This document shows positions 30,959-32,000 of a stretch of 32,000 nt of DNA, piece after piece (position 1 is the stretch's first letter; each line of letters opens with the position of its first letter). The DNA comes from Kineococcus radiotolerans SRS30216 = ATCC BAA-149. Lineage in GTDB: Bacteria > Actinomycetota > Actinomycetes > Actinomycetales > Kineococcaceae. Both the position numbers and the translations under genes were made by a program. The stretch spans positions 4,500,001 to 4,532,000 of the forward strand of contig NC_009664.2 in assembly GCF_000017305.1 (NCBI RefSeq). The letters are read 5' to 3'. A model generated the notes under the pieces. That model was not told the DNA's origin. It searched no databases and saw nothing but the letters and a program-made list of their open reading frames with translations.

Positions 30959-32000
30959 TCAGTGTCTGGGGTCCTGGCTGGGGCCGTCCTGGCTGGGGCC
31001 GTCCTGAGCGGCGGCCTCCGAGGCGGCGGGTGAGGCGGCGGGTGAGGCGGCGGGTGAGGCGGGTCGCGGCGCTCGGGTCAGGCGCTGGATGAGGGGGTTC
31101 GCCAGGGGGCCGTGCAGGAGCACGCTGCCCAGCAGGGTCAGCACCGTGATGAGCAAGACGGTGTCGGCCACCACCCCGGTCAAGGAGTTGTAGGCCAGCA
31201 GACCGAAGACGATGGACGTCGTCCCTCGCGCCCCCAGCACCCCCAGCAGCACCCGTTCACGACCCGGCATCCCAGAGCGCGCGGTGCCGACCCACACCGG
31301 CAGCAGACGCACGAGCGTCAGGGCCACCAGCGTGAAGAGCAGCACCGGCCACGGCACGCCCCCGGCGAAGGCGAGCACGCAGGCGCTGCCCACCAGGAAC
31401 CACACCGCCATCACCGCCAAGCCGGTCACGTCGTGCAGGAAACGGAAGTCCTCCTCCCGGGTGAGCAGGAGCTGCTGGCGCTCGCCGTCTGGCCGTGTCC
31501 TAGCGGCCAGGGCTGCTACGACGCGGTGCACGTTGGCGAAGACGGCCCCGGCCACGAAGGAGGCGACGAAGCCGTTGCCGTTCCAGGCCAGCGTCACGGC
31601 GTACGTCAGCAGCGGGGCCATCAGCACCAACATCCGCCGCGCCGAGGCGTCCACCCAGCCGCGGGCGGCGGCCGCGTGCAAGCCGCCAGCCAACGCGGCG
31701 CCGACGACCACCCCCACCACCAGAGCCTTCAGGGCGTACGGCAGCGCGGTGGCCAGCCCACCGAGAGGGTCCTCCTGACCGCGCGGTCCAACGGCCAGGG
31801 CGATCGCGAAGAGGAACAGCGGGGAGATAAGAGCGTCGTTGTAGCCGCTCTCCAGGTTCAGTGTCGTCCGCACCCGGCTGCTCAGCCGCGTGTGCTTCAG
31901 CAGACGTTCGGCGGCGGCGAAGTCGGTGGGGACCACGATGCAGGCGATCACCAGCAGGACCGGCCACGTCAAGCCGCCCTGGGCCCCAGGGCCGCCGAGC
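30959..32000 (-). CDS. cation:proton antiporter (Na+/H+ exchanger, CPA1/NhaP-like), N-terminus beyond the window
   Basis: 'PTDFAAA...VRTTLNLESGYNDALISP' is the conserved CPA1 TM-region motif ('ESG.ND'). The frame stays open to position 32000. The C-terminal tail carries (ASPA)n and (QDGPS)n repeats. Confidence 0.75.
   Translation of the reverse strand, partial: LGGPGAQGGLTWPVLLVIACIVVPTDFAAAERLLKHTRLSSRVRTTLNLESGYNDALISPLFLFAIALAVGPRGQEDPLGGLATALPYALKALVVGVVVGAALAGGLHAAAARGWVDASARRMLVLMAPLLTYAVTLAWNGNGFVASFVAGAVFANVHRVVAALAARTRPDGERQQLLLTREEDFRFLHDVTGLAVMAVWFLVGSACVLAFAGGVPWPVLLFTLVALTLVRLLPVWVGTARSGMPGRERVLLGVLGARGTTSIVFGLLAYNSLTGVVADTVLLITVLTLLGSVLLHGPLANPLIQRLTRAPRPASPAASPAASPAASEAAAQDGPSQDGPSQDPRH

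Noticed and set aside
1-32000. tRNA, rRNA or tmRNA genes, and attachment sites next to the IS/RepA relics.
   Set aside because: I found no T-arm/GTTCGAATC-like cloverleaf candidates and no rRNA-like conserved blocks by eye. A proper tRNAscan/Infernal run would be needed to exclude small RNAs formally.

Overview
High-G+C, actinobacterial-type chromosomal segment, judged from strong G/C third-position bias, frequent GTG/TTG starts and several GTGA/ATGA start-stop overlaps. I can support about 26 intact protein genes. I found no rRNA, tRNA or CRISPR array by eye.

- **Left third (1-7.7 kb):** a decaying accessory patch. It holds three damaged SDR genes, an IS5-family transposase stub, a visibly lower-G+C stand-alone condensation-domain (PapA5-like) acyltransferase, a degenerate IS701-family element with recognisable inverted repeats, and small orphan ORFs.
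- **Middle:** a minus-strand unit of Zn-ADH, LacI regulator, HisD-family dehydrogenase, MHS-type MFS importer and SDR, with a perfect LacI-type palindrome upstream. It is followed by a RepA-like replication-protein stub broken by a 17-bp tandem duplication, then GNAT, amidohydrolase-2 and RraA genes.
- **Right half:** a GntR(FCD) regulator divergent from a CitMHS carboxylate transporter, an isocitrate/isopropylmalate/tartrate-dehydrogenase-family enzyme, an Asp/Glu/hydantoin-racemase-fold protein, a DUF1537 acid-sugar kinase (OtnK-like) and a class II aldolase-fold decarboxylase (OtnC-like). Then come a universal stress protein, class II FBPase GlpX, a GH114-like lipoprotein, a TetR/DHA2-MFS pair and a window-truncated Na+/H+ antiporter.

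Best candidate for something undescribed: the OtnK/OtnC-like pair sits without its canonical partner enzymes (LtnD/DenD dehydrogenase, OtnI isomerase). Instead it has a PF00180-type dehydrogenase, a racemase-fold protein and a CitMHS transporter, which suggests a variant acid-sugar or tartrate-type route. This is inference only.

Second candidate: the HisD-family operon has a gene content that resembles the dihydroxypropanesulfonate (hps) locus.

The window also carries many perfect short tandem repeats at gene termini and in promoter-proximal spacers. All family calls come from motif recognition by eye; no database search was possible.
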